Assembly: GCA_963665095.1 (NCBI GenBank)
Contig: OY762069.1
Span: 5,184,001 to 5,248,000 of the forward strand
Reading direction: 5' to 3'
DNA: 64,000 bases
Source: an uncultured Desulfobacter sp.
GTDB taxonomy: Bacteria; Desulfobacterota; Desulfobacteria; Desulfobacterales; Desulfobacteraceae
In this document: positions 31,075 through 40,948 of the stretch, piece after piece
How the letters are laid out: each line of letters starts with the position of its first letter
Numbering within the stretch: position 1 is the first letter of the stretch
The notes under the pieces: generated by a model
What the model saw: only the letters and a program-made list of their open reading frames with translations
Databases searched by the model: none
Told to the model about the DNA's origin: nothing
Translations under genes and position numbers: made by a program

Positions 31075-31090
31075 TGAAAGAGATCTTTCA
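31075..31090. promoter_or_regulatory. Palindromic operator, probable RpiR site
   Basis: TGAAAGA-GA-TCTTTCA perfect; weaker copies at about 31166 and 31198. Confidence 0.6.
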
Positions 31091-31273
31091 AGCTCTTTAT
31101 GTTTAATTTAACTATTTAATTTCAGGTTAATTTATTCAATTATGTATTTTCTGTCAAGGCGACTATGAAAGAAAAACAATCATATTAAAAAACATCTTGA
31201 CAGGATTTCTTTCAAATCGTATTCACAAAATCATGAGGGCATAACCACGAACTAATTAATGAGATAATCGCTG

Positions 31274-32500
31274 ATGCTTTTAAAAACAAAAAAGCCCATG
31301 TGGGGCGAAAAAAAGAAGCTGAAGTCCAGCTACGATGTGGTGATCATCGGCGGCGGGCTTCACAGTCTGGCCACGGCATATTTTCTTGCCAGCAGGCATG
31401 GAATCACGGATGTGGCCATTATTGAAAAGAACTATATCGGGTATGGCGGGGCCGGCAGAAACACGGCCATTGTCCGTGCCAACCAGCGGACCCAGTACAA
31501 TGTTCCGCTGTACAAGGAGGCGCTTGATCTGTGGCCGGTCCTGACAAAGGAGCTGGACTACAACCTGATGTTCAATAACTGCGGCAATCTCAATCTCATG
31601 CATTCGGAAGCGGCCATGAAAGCGGCCCGGATGACCATTGCCACGGCCCAGTTTCATGGTGTGGAGTCCCATCTCATCGATGCCAAGGAGGCCAAGGAAC
31701 TGATACCGGCCCTGAACATCAGCGAGGACATCACCTTTCCCATTCACGGGGCCATGTTTCATCCGCCGGGCGGTGTTGTCCGCCACGACGCTGTGGTGTG
31801 GGGGCTTGCCAAGGGCGCTGCCAAACACGGGGTGGAGATTCACCAGCAGACTGAAGCCACAGGCATCAATACCTACCAGGGCAAGGTCGCATCTGTGGTT
31901 ACGAACCGGGGTACCATCAACTGCAAACAGGTGCTCATTTCCGCCGGCGGCTACTCCGCTTCCCTGATCCACGGATTTTTAGGCATCAAACTGCCCATCT
32001 CCGTTCTCACCATCCAGGCCATGGTGACCCAGCCGGTGAAACCGGTGCTGGATCATGTGGTCTCCTCCGGGGCTTATCACTGCTATGCCAACCAGACCCT
32101 GAAAGGGGAGATTGCCACCGGTGCCCACATGGACCAGTGGCCCAACTATACCACCCTGAACACGGCTTACTACATCAAGCACCAGGCAGAAGCCCTGTCC
32201 GAATTCCTTCCGGCCCTGCGGGGGCTGCGTTTCATGCGGATCTGGGGCGGTCTTGCCGACATGACGCCTGACATGGCGCCCATCATGGACGGTAATGACC
32301 AGTATGAAGGGTTTTTTATGGACTGCGGCTGGGGATATTTTGGATTTAAGTCCTGTTCTGCCGTGGGTAAATACATGGCGCAGTTCATGGCCAGAAACGA
32401 ATGCCCGGAAATTCTTAAACCCTTCAACCTGAAGCGGTATCAGGAACATAAACTCATGGGTGAAACGGCTGCTCTGGTCAGTTATTCACCGGACAATTAA
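31274..32500 (+). CDS. soxB: Sarcosine oxidase beta-like flavoprotein
   Basis: YDVVIIGGGLH, GRNTAIVR, RHDAVVWG, GWGYFGFK. Confidence 0.85.
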   Translation: MLLKTKKPMWGEKKKLKSSYDVVIIGGGLHSLATAYFLASRHGITDVAIIEKNYIGYGGAGRNTAIVRANQRTQYNVPLYKEALDLWPVLTKELDYNLMFNNCGNLNLMHSEAAMKAARMTIATAQFHGVESHLIDAKEAKELIPALNISEDITFPIHGAMFHPPGGVVRHDAVVWGLAKGAAKHGVEIHQQTEATGINTYQGKVASVVTNRGTINCKQVLISAGGYSASLIHGFLGIKLPISVLTIQAMVTQPVKPVLDHVVSSGAYHCYANQTLKGEIATGAHMDQWPNYTTLNTAYYIKHQAEALSEFLPALRGLRFMRIWGGLADMTPDMAPIMDGNDQYEGFFMDCGWGYFGFKSCSAVGKYMAQFMARNECPEILKPFNLKRYQEHKLMGETAALVSYSPDN

Positions 32501-32526
32501 ACCGGACGTAAAAAGGAGACATACAA

Positions 32527-32814
32527 ATGGCGTTAACAATTACATGTCCGGTGTGCGGGAAGCGGAACGGATATGAATTCAGATATGGTGGCGAGGAAAA
32601 GGGCCCGCGGCCTGAGGAAGCAACCTTAACCCCTGAGACCTGGTGCGACTATGTGCATATGAATGAATGCAAGGCAGGGGTTCAGGAGGAGTGGTGGTGC
32701 CACAAAGACGGGTGCGGCACCTGGTTTAAGATTTTCCGGGATACCACAACCAATCTTGAACAGGACAGTGATCCCCTTAACAGCTGCGACCCGGCAGGAA
32801 AGGACGTAAAATGA
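32527..32814 (+). CDS. soxD: Sarcosine oxidase delta-like zinc subunit
   Basis: CPVCG.R...EF.YGG, EWWCHKDGC..WF...RDT. Confidence 0.88.
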   Translation: MALTITCPVCGKRNGYEFRYGGEEKGPRPEEATLTPETWCDYVHMNECKAGVQEEWWCHKDGCGTWFKIFRDTTTNLEQDSDPLNSCDPAGKDVK

Positions 32815-35732
32815 CTATCAGAATAAACCGCCTGCCCACCCTGAAAATTGATGCGGAAAAGAGCATCCCCTTTAAATACAAGGGTAAAGAATATTCTGGT
32901 GTTCAGGGGGATACCATTGCCACGGCACTTTTTGCCAACGGGATCCGCATTTTTTCCAGGAGTCTGAAGTACCATCGGCCCAGGGGATTTTATTCCATGG
33001 ACGGCGAGTGCTCCAACACCATGATGAAGGTGGACGGAATCCCCAACGTGAGAACCGAAACCACGCTGCTGAAAGCCAACATGGAAATTGAGGAGCAGAA
33101 TGTTAAAGGGTCTGCTGAAAAAGATATGCTTGGCTTTATGGACAAGCTGGACTGGGCCATGCCCGCCGGGTTCTATTATAATGTGATGCACAGGCCTGCC
33201 AGAGTCTGGCCCCATGCCATGAAACAGGTCCGGAAAATGGCCGGTATCGGTACACTCTCTCCTGATTTTATCATGCCTGGGAAATATGATGAAATCTATC
33301 CCGCCTGTGATGTGGTGGTGATCGGCGGCGGTCCTGCCGGCATGAAAGCAGCCCTTGCGGCTGCCCAGAAAGGACTGCGGGTCATCCTCATGGAAGGACG
33401 CCCCTGGCTTGGGGGCAGTTTTGACTATCGTTTGGCCGAGTTCGCTCAAGGTCAGGCCTGCTGCGAAAGGGCAGCCGCTCTGGCAGATGAAGTAATGGCC
33501 TGTGAAAATATCCGGGTCTTCACCCATACCGCCAACGTAGGCGTTTATAACAATAACCTTGTCACCGGTTTTCAGGTGGGATCACCTGATGATGTGTTTG
33601 ACGAACGCTACATCGAAATCCGGGCTGTTTCCGTGGTTGTGGCCACAGGCTGTATTGAACGGCCCCTGATTTTTGATAACAACGAACGCCCGGGCGTGAT
33701 GCAGGCAGGCGCAGCGCTTCGCCTGGCCAGTACTTACGGGGTGTTGCCCGGAGAAAATGCCGTATTTTCCATTGGTCATGATTTAGGGCTTGAGGCGGCC
33801 TTAACCCTGTCAGATCTGGGGCTGGCCATCGAAGTGGTGGCAGATATCCGTGAGGATGGCCAGGATCCGGTTCTGCTGGAAAAACTGGCAAAGAAGAAGA
33901 TCACCGTCCTCAAGGGCTGGGTGGCATCTGTAGCCCATGGCTGCAAAACAGTGAAAAGCGTCACGCTGACCACCCTGGACGGTACTATTCATAAAGAGTT
34001 TCCGTGCGACCTGCTGGTGGCATCCGCCGGATTTACCCCCTTGACAGGGCCGTTGGTGGTGAACCAGGCCAAACTGACCTACGACAACCACACCAATTTT
34101 TTCCTGCCCTCGGACCTGCCCGCCAAAATGCATCCGGCCGGCCGTCTTCTGGGGTTTGAAAATGCCGCGTCCATTGAGGCGTCCGGTGTCCTGGCGGGGA
34201 TCAAAGCCGCATGTGACTGCGGCGCCGGGGTCAGCCAGGAGCTTGAAGCCGCGCAAAAAGAACTGGCGGCTTTGCCAGGTCCGGCCCGGGGGACAAAGCT
34301 TGTCACCGCACCGGTAAAGGGACGTAAGAGCTTTATCTGCTTTGACGAGGACACCACCATTAAAAACGTCAAACAGTCCATTGACAAAGGGTTTGACGTG
34401 CCTGAACTGATCAAGCGGTTTTCAGGTGCCGGTCTTGGTCCCGGTCAGGGCGGTATTCCCGGGCACAACCTGCCCCTTTATACTGCCAGGTATCAGGCCC
34501 TGCCCGATGTAAAGATCAGGCCCACCACCGTGCGGCCCCCCCTGGTGCCCACCCGGATCGCCACCTATGCCGGCACCAATCACAAGATGTTCAAGATTAC
34601 CCCCATTGATGACCTGCAGCGGGCAGATGGCGGGGTGTTCAGGAACATCGGCGTGTGGCAGCGGGCCCGGTATTTTTCGGAAGATTTCTCCTGCAAAAAG
34701 GAGATTGAAAATGTCCGTAACAACGTGGGCATGCTGGACGGCTCAACCCTGGGCAAGTTCCGGATCCACGGGCCGGATGCCCTGAAAGCCCTTCAGCGGG
34801 TCTATATTTCCGATATGAGCAAATGCAAGACCGGACGGGTGAAGTATACGGCCATGTGCAACGATGACGGCTGTGTCATTGACGACGGCGTGGTGATAAA
34901 GCTCGCGGAGAACGACTACTACTTCACCACCTCCACCGGCCGTGCCGGACAGACTGTTGAGTGGATCCGTTACCACACCCGGTACGATGGCTGGAACTTT
35001 GCCCTGGTGAACCTTACCGATTCCATGGGCGTCATCAACCTCTCCGGCCCCAATGCCAGAAAAGTGCTGGAAAAGGTAGTGGATATTGATGTCTCCAATG
35101 AGGGGTTTGGTTATTCCGAATACAAGGAGTTCACCATTGCCGACACCATTCCGGTCCGGGCCATGCGCCTGGGGTTTGTGGGGGAACTCTCCTTTGAGTT
35201 CCATGTCCCTTCCTCCTATATGAAATCCCTGTGGCTCATGCTCAAAGAGGCAGGTCAGGAGTTTAAAATCATGAATTTCGGCGTGGAGGCCCAGAATGTC
35301 CTTCGTATGGAAAAATGCCATATCATTCTGGGGCAGGAGTCTGAACAGCGCACCAATCTTCTGGATGTGGGCTTGGGCTTTTTGTGGGCCCGGAATCTGT
35401 CCGAATGGAAAAAGGTGGGTGCTGTGGCCCTGCGCCAGGCTGAAGGGGATGACACCCGTTTGACCCTTGTGGGTATCAAGATGGAAAATAACGGCCGGGC
35501 TCCCAGGGACGGCGCGCTCATTGTGGATGACAAAGTCAGAGGATATGTGGCCACGGCCAGGGACTCCTTTGCTCTGAAAGAGGCGGTGGGTATGGCCTTG
35601 GTTGAAAAGCACATGGCCGTGCAGGGCAAACGGCTGGCCATTTATGAAGACGAGTGCAACGGGGAGCTGATCTACGCCACTGTAGTTCCCACTCCTTTTT
35701 ACGATCCTTCCGGCGACCGGATGAAAATGTAA
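32811..35732 (+). CDS. soxA: Sarcosine oxidase alpha-like subunit (NAD-binding plus GcvT folate domain)
   Basis: GDTIATALFANG, SRSLKYHRPRG, GGGPAG, DGSTLGK, GFVGELSFE, PFYDPSG. Confidence 0.9.
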   Translation: MTIRINRLPTLKIDAEKSIPFKYKGKEYSGVQGDTIATALFANGIRIFSRSLKYHRPRGFYSMDGECSNTMMKVDGIPNVRTETTLLKANMEIEEQNVKGSAEKDMLGFMDKLDWAMPAGFYYNVMHRPARVWPHAMKQVRKMAGIGTLSPDFIMPGKYDEIYPACDVVVIGGGPAGMKAALAAAQKGLRVILMEGRPWLGGSFDYRLAEFAQGQACCERAAALADEVMACENIRVFTHTANVGVYNNNLVTGFQVGSPDDVFDERYIEIRAVSVVVATGCIERPLIFDNNERPGVMQAGAALRLASTYGVLPGENAVFSIGHDLGLEAALTLSDLGLAIEVVADIREDGQDPVLLEKLAKKKITVLKGWVASVAHGCKTVKSVTLTTLDGTIHKEFPCDLLVASAGFTPLTGPLVVNQAKLTYDNHTNFFLPSDLPAKMHPAGRLLGFENAASIEASGVLAGIKAACDCGAGVSQELEAAQKELAALPGPARGTKLVTAPVKGRKSFICFDEDTTIKNVKQSIDKGFDVPELIKRFSGAGLGPGQGGIPGHNLPLYTARYQALPDVKIRPTTVRPPLVPTRIATYAGTNHKMFKITPIDDLQRADGGVFRNIGVWQRARYFSEDFSCKKEIENVRNNVGMLDGSTLGKFRIHGPDALKALQRVYISDMSKCKTGRVKYTAMCNDDGCVIDDGVVIKLAENDYYFTTSTGRAGQTVEWIRYHTRYDGWNFALVNLTDSMGVINLSGPNARKVLEKVVDIDVSNEGFGYSEYKEFTIADTIPVRAMRLGFVGELSFEFHVPSSYMKSLWLMLKEAGQEFKIMNFGVEAQNVLRMEKCHIILGQESEQRTNLLDVGLGFLWARNLSEWKKVGAVALRQAEGDDTRLTLVGIKMENNGRAPRDGALIVDDKVRGYVATARDSFALKEAVGMALVEKHMAVQGKRLAIYEDECNGELIYATVVPTPFYDPSGDRMKM

Positions 35733-35742
35733 GGAAAAGACC

Positions 35743-36381
35743 ATGACACAGATAAAACGATACTCACCGGTCCAGTTCAAAGCCACGCCGCTGAAAACCG
35801 TGGAAAGGGATAACTGGCAGATTGTTACAAAATATAATAATGAAGGCCCCGGCCCCTGGATTGTGGATTTAAGCCATTGCCTGCGCCTGGATCTCCAGTC
35901 CGTGGATCTGCCGGGCAAAACCCCCTTTGGAATTACTATCCCGGAAACAATCGGGCAAAGTGTGCTTGCAAACGGATGTTTGATCAACCGGATGAACAAC
36001 ACCCAGGCCTCCATCTATCATGTGGCCGGGGAGGCACCGGATCTGCCGGGTGAACCTGAATATACCGATGTAACCGAGAATACCCTGTTTGTGGCCATTA
36101 TCGGCCAGGACACCTTTAAAATCTGCGAAAAACTATCCAGCCTGGATTTTACGGATCCCGGCAAACAGCCCCCGTTTCTTTTCCAGGGCCCCTTTTCCCA
36201 TGTGCCCTGCCAGATTGTGACCGTGAGCCGGGAGAAGGAGAAGGAAGGTCTGGTCCTCACCTGTTCCCGGGGCTATGGCCGGGATATGATCCATGCCGTC
36301 ATGGATGCGGGAGAAGAGTTTGGCCTCACACCGGCAGGAGAGGACCGGTTTGCCAGCTGGATTAGTGAAATCACCTCTTGA
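35743..36381 (+). CDS. soxG: Sarcosine oxidase gamma-like subunit
   Basis: Position after alpha; DVTE, KLSSLDF, SRGYG, AGEEFG. Confidence 0.75.
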   Translation: MTQIKRYSPVQFKATPLKTVERDNWQIVTKYNNEGPGPWIVDLSHCLRLDLQSVDLPGKTPFGITIPETIGQSVLANGCLINRMNNTQASIYHVAGEAPDLPGEPEYTDVTENTLFVAIIGQDTFKICEKLSSLDFTDPGKQPPFLFQGPFSHVPCQIVTVSREKEKEGLVLTCSRGYGRDMIHAVMDAGEEFGLTPAGEDRFASWISEITS

Positions 36382-36410
36382 AGTAACCAAAAAATTAGGA
36401 GAAATTTTTC

Positions 36411-37748
36411 ATGAGTACCACCTATGATGCGATTATTATCGGAGCCGGCGTGATTGGCACCCCCATTGCTTATGAACTGTCCAAAATGGGATACAAAACC
36501 CTGACAGTGGACAAACAGCCCGATGCCGGAGAGGGCTCTACTGCAGGGTCCTGCGCCATTGTCCGGGCCCATTATTCCACTGAAGACGGCGTGGCCATGG
36601 CCTATGAGGGGTTTAAATACTGGCTGGACTGGGAAAACTATCTGGATCATGTTGAGGATGAAAAGGGACTGGCCAAATATATGAATACAGGATCTATCCT
36701 GATTAAATCCGATGGCCATGACTGGAAAAAGGTTAAGACCCATTACGATGCCGTTGGCGTGCAGTACGAAGAGTGGGATAATGACAAAATCAAGGCGGCC
36801 GTTCCTGTGGCAGATCTGCATAAGTTCTGGCCGGTGCGCCGCCCCGAAGATCCTGAATTTTTCACTGAGCCCACGGAAATGATTGAAGGGGCGCTTTACT
36901 GCCCCGAAGGCGGGTATGTGAATGACCCGACGCTTTCCGCACATAACATCATGAGAGCGGCTGAGAAAAAAGGCGCCACCTTTATGTTTAATGCCGAAGT
37001 CACCAGGATCCGGACAAAGGACGGAAAAGTGGCCGGCATTATCCTGAAAGACGGTTCTGAAATTGATGCAGGTATTGTGATCAATGCCGGCGGCCCCTTC
37101 TCATGGAAGGTTAACCAGATGGCCGAAGGTGTATGGGACGGCTGCAACATCAAAACCAAGTCCCTGCGTCATGAAGTTATGTACTGCCCCTCCCCGGACG
37201 AATACGACTATCTCAATGACGGATATCATATGTCCGACGGTGACACCGGTACCTACACCCGCCCTGAAGCCGGCAATCTGTTCCTCATCGGCTCCGAAGA
37301 CCCTGATTGTGATCCCAAGGAGATCGTTGACCCGGAAGATTTTTACGCAGGGCGCGGCGGCAGCGGCAGGGACAATGTCCTGACCGATGCACAGTGGAAA
37401 GCCCAGTGTTACCGCTGGGCCAAACGGGTTCCGTCTCTTCAGGTCCCCAACCAGCCTAAGGGTGTGGTGGATCTGTATGATATTTCCGATGACTGGATTC
37501 CCATTTACGACAAATCTGATCTGCCCGGGTTTTATATGGCAGTAGGAACCTCCGGCAACCAGTATAAAAATGCCCCTGTGGTGGGCCGGATGATGGCTGA
37601 ACTGGTGGATGCCTGCGAAAAGGGCCTGGACCATGACAATAATCCTTTTCAGTACACTTACAAATACCTGGGACGGACCATCAATGTGGGTTTTTTCTCC
37701 AGAAAACGTGAAATCAATCAGGATTCCAGCTTTTCCGTAAACGGATAA
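36411..37748 (+). CDS. FAD-dependent oxidoreductase (DAO / monomeric sarcosine oxidase-like)
   Basis: IIGAGVIG, GSTAGS, YDISDDWIP, GTSGNQYKNAP. Confidence 0.88.
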   Translation: MSTTYDAIIIGAGVIGTPIAYELSKMGYKTLTVDKQPDAGEGSTAGSCAIVRAHYSTEDGVAMAYEGFKYWLDWENYLDHVEDEKGLAKYMNTGSILIKSDGHDWKKVKTHYDAVGVQYEEWDNDKIKAAVPVADLHKFWPVRRPEDPEFFTEPTEMIEGALYCPEGGYVNDPTLSAHNIMRAAEKKGATFMFNAEVTRIRTKDGKVAGIILKDGSEIDAGIVINAGGPFSWKVNQMAEGVWDGCNIKTKSLRHEVMYCPSPDEYDYLNDGYHMSDGDTGTYTRPEAGNLFLIGSEDPDCDPKEIVDPEDFYAGRGGSGRDNVLTDAQWKAQCYRWAKRVPSLQVPNQPKGVVDLYDISDDWIPIYDKSDLPGFYMAVGTSGNQYKNAPVVGRMMAELVDACEKGLDHDNNPFQYTYKYLGRTINVGFFSRKREINQDSSFSVNG

Positions 37749-37819
37749 GCGGTTTTCTAAATGCCGACCGGCCTTTAAGCATGGGCCGGCCGGCATAACT
37801 TCCTGCGGATTCAATAAAT

Positions 37820-38587
37820 ATGCAAATTTATGTCTGCGTAAAGCACGTTCCTGATTCCGCCGCCAACATTCATATCCTGGGCCGGGACAGGGTTGATGAG
37901 AGGGTGGCGTTTCTTCTCAACCCCTATGACGAACATGCCGTGACCGGTGCGGTCGTGTTGAAAGATCTATTTCCGGGCAGCCAGGTGGTGGCCGTGACGG
38001 TGGGTAAGCCAGATGCAGAAAAAACACTTCGTTCAGCCATGGCCATGGGCGCTGACAAAGGCGTGCTGGTGATGGTTGAGGAAACTTTGGACAGCCAGAT
38101 GACGGCCCGGGCCCTTGCCTGCGCCATCCAGCGGGACGGACAGGCGGATCTGGTGTTTACCGGAAAAGAGTCCATTGACGCCTGCGGCATGCAGACCCAG
38201 TTCCGTCTGGGTGCTTTGATGAATATGCCGGTGATGACCAACGTTTCGGATATTGAGATCTGCAACGGCATGGCCCGGGTCACCTGTGACATTCCCGGCG
38301 GATCCCAGGTTTTTGAGGCCTTGCTGCCTTGTGTGATAGGGGCAGGACGCGGGCTAAATACCCCATCATACCCTACCTTTCCGGATATTGTGAAGGCCAG
38401 GAAAAAAACTGTGGAGGTGGTGGCGATAAACGAGTTGGACATTCAGCCGCCAAAGGGATGCGCCCAGGTAGTGGAATACCAGCCCTTGACCCGGAGCCGA
38501 ACGCCTGAAAAGATCTGCGGCAGCCCTGCAGAAGTGGCCGCCCGGATCATCCGGATACTGAAACAGGAGGCCAGGGTGATATCATGA
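37820..38587 (+). CDS. etfB: Electron transfer flavoprotein beta subunit
   Basis: VCVKHVPD, LNPYDE, AMGAD, GKESID. Confidence 0.92.
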   Translation: MQIYVCVKHVPDSAANIHILGRDRVDERVAFLLNPYDEHAVTGAVVLKDLFPGSQVVAVTVGKPDAEKTLRSAMAMGADKGVLVMVEETLDSQMTARALACAIQRDGQADLVFTGKESIDACGMQTQFRLGALMNMPVMTNVSDIEICNGMARVTCDIPGGSQVFEALLPCVIGAGRGLNTPSYPTFPDIVKARKKTVEVVAINELDIQPPKGCAQVVEYQPLTRSRTPEKICGSPAEVAARIIRILKQEARVIS

Positions 38588-39549
38588 AACATGTCGGTAT
38601 TGTCATTGAAATAGAAAACGGCACCGTGAAAGACGCCTGCCCGGGCATGATCACCCTGGTTCGGAAAAGCCAGGTGACATTTTATGCGCTGGTGGCGGAC
38701 AGGATGGATGACGGGATACGTAACGCCCTGAATACATACGGGGTGACTGATATTGTGGCGTTGAACCTGCCTGAAGAGCCGGCTGCCCTGAATAATGTCC
38801 ATCTGACGGCACAACGGCTGGCCCATGCCGTCCGGGAGCTGGCCCTGGACGGGGTATTGGGCTTGTCTTCACCATGGGGCAAAGAGGTGCTGCCAAGGCT
38901 TGCCGCCATGCTGGACGCCCCGCTGGTCATGGAGTGTATGGCGCTGGATATTGAAAATAATATCGGTACTGCGGCCCGGTACTCAGGGAAAGTTGCGGCA
39001 AAAGTCCGTCTCACCGGAGATGTGGTGGTTTTCGGGGTCCGTCCCAATGCATATAAGGCAGAAAAGGCACCGGGGCAGGCAGCGGTACACTCTTTTCAAT
39101 CCTGCGCAACACAAATTCCGGCACTGCCCGGTCCAACACCCATTGCCTGTGAAAAGACCTCAGGGGACAGCACCTTGAAAGCCCTTGCCGATGCGGCAAT
39201 AATTATTTCCGGGGGCCGGGGCATGAAAAACAAAGACAATTTTAAGCTGCTGTTTGACTGTGCGGCAAAACTTGGTGCAGCTGTAGGTGCTTCCCGGGTG
39301 GCCGTGGACGAGGGCTGGGTTCCTTATGCCCACCAGGTGGGCCAGACCGGGGAAAAGGTCAGCCCGTCCGTCTATATTGCCTGCGGCATTTCCGGTTCGG
39401 TCCAGCATTTTGCCGGTATGAAAACATCACAAATGATCATTGCCGTGAACACGGACAAAAATGCCGCCATGATGGCCGGCTGCGATTACAGTGTGGAGGC
39501 GGATCTGTTTGATATTCTTCCTGAACTGGTCCGGCAGCTGGATGGATAA
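38584..39549 (+). CDS. etfA: Electron transfer flavoprotein alpha subunit
   Basis: SGGRG, GASR, QVGQTG, GISGSVQH. Confidence 0.94.
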   Translation: MKHVGIVIEIENGTVKDACPGMITLVRKSQVTFYALVADRMDDGIRNALNTYGVTDIVALNLPEEPAALNNVHLTAQRLAHAVRELALDGVLGLSSPWGKEVLPRLAAMLDAPLVMECMALDIENNIGTAARYSGKVAAKVRLTGDVVVFGVRPNAYKAEKAPGQAAVHSFQSCATQIPALPGPTPIACEKTSGDSTLKALADAAIIISGGRGMKNKDNFKLLFDCAAKLGAAVGASRVAVDEGWVPYAHQVGQTGEKVSPSVYIACGISGSVQHFAGMKTSQMIIAVNTDKNAAMMAGCDYSVEADLFDILPELVRQLDG

Positions 39550-39597
39550 TTCAGGCAACGTCCTGTAACGCTCAGCGCCATGCAGGGCGGGTCCGGT

Positions 39598-40290
39598 TTA
39601 TTTCAGAGAAAATTCAACGGCTTTTTCGCAGTGCATGGCTGTTGTGTCAAACAGGGGCAGGGATACATCCTCCGGGCGCACCAGCAGGGGGATCTCCGTG
39701 CAGCCGAGGATAATTCCCCGGGCACCTTGTCTGCCCATCTCTTCAATGATTTTGACATAGGCGTTTCTGGATTCAGGTTTTATGTCTCCTAAGCATAGCT
39801 CCTTATATATGATGTCATGGACAACCTGCCGGGAATCCTCATCCGGGATAATGATGTCCAGGTGATATTTATCCTGCAGATACCCTTTCAAAAACGCCTG
39901 TTCCATGGTGAATTTTGTTCCTAAAAGCCCGACTTTTTTAACCCCTCTGCTGTTAATATTCTGACCTACAGCATCTCCGATATGGATCAGAGGTATTGTG
40001 ACTGCCGATTGCACCTGAGATGCCACCTTATGCATGGTATTGGTACAGATCAATACCATCTGGGCCCCGCCTTTTTCCAGATCCCGGGCCGCCTGGCACA
40101 GGATCCGGGCAGATCCGTCCCAGTCCCCGCAGGCCTGGAGCACTTCAATCTCATGAAAGTCCACACTCATCATTAAAACTCTGGCTGAATGAAGCCCGCC
40201 CAGTCGCTGTTTAACCCCTTCATTGATAAGCCTGTAGTATTCAAGGGAGGATTCCCAGCTCATACCGCCGATCAGTCCAATCACTTTCAT
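39598..40290 (-). CDS. Aspartate/glutamate racemase family (YgeA/RacX-like)
   Basis: GLIGGMSWES, ICTNTMH, GCTE. Confidence 0.93.
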   Translation of the reverse strand: MKVIGLIGGMSWESSLEYYRLINEGVKQRLGGLHSARVLMMSVDFHEIEVLQACGDWDGSARILCQAARDLEKGGAQMVLICTNTMHKVASQVQSAVTIPLIHIGDAVGQNINSRGVKKVGLLGTKFTMEQAFLKGYLQDKYHLDIIIPDEDSRQVVHDIIYKELCLGDIKPESRNAYVKIIEEMGRQGARGIILGCTEIPLLVRPEDVSLPLFDTTAMHCEKAVEFSLK

Positions 40291-40480
40291 TTACGTTTTC
40301 CTTTAATGGTTGTTTTTAACCTGAATACCCCGAATAAACACAAGGGCTATTTCAATCCCTCAGGCATTCCCGTCTGCCTGACAGGATACTGCTGCCTCTA
40401 ATATACTACAATTCTCCGGCATTCAGATAAGTCTTGATTTTTTCTATTCCTGGTGATAAAAAATGCTTTTATTTTCCTTT

Positions 40481-40558
<78 letters not shown>

Positions 40559-40759
40559 TAAAGATGGTCTTTTGCACGGTTCTCTAAAAAATCAATTATT
40601 TTAATTGTGGGAACCAGTTGTGTGAAAGGCTATTTTTTTATCATTCTGTCCCTTGGCATATCGACTATCATCACAACCATTCCCCTTCACATGATCATAT
40701 TTTTATCCTGTTTTTATCACCAATACATTCAAATAGGAGACTCAAACAGGAGTTTCGTG

Positions 40760-40860
40760 GATAGGAGGCCGTAGTCCGGCGAAAGCCTTGCCTGGCGGGC
40801 ACAACTTAATTTGCCGGCTGTAAGACCCCACCTTCATTAACATGATAGCATTATCACACG
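40760..40860 (-). mobile_element. Possible orphan IS110-family non-coding left end
   Basis: Minus strand GAAGGT..ACAGCCGGCAAA..GCCCG..CAAGG..CCGG.CTACGGCCTCC resembles, from recall, IS110 leaders in deltaproteobacteria; no transposase follows. Confidence 0.35.
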
Positions 40861-40948
40861 AAATCGATTAAAAATCGGTATAAAAAAAATTGTACCCGAG
40901 TTGGCCGAGGAAACTCGTAGAAGAAAGGTGGCTGCAATTGCAATCCAA

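Noticed and set aside
34743..36014. 423-aa minus-strand ORF (and similar long ORFs 24269-25309, 60117-61160, 6712-7473)
   Set aside because: Antisense shadows of well-supported genes in GC-rich DNA; no motifs of their own
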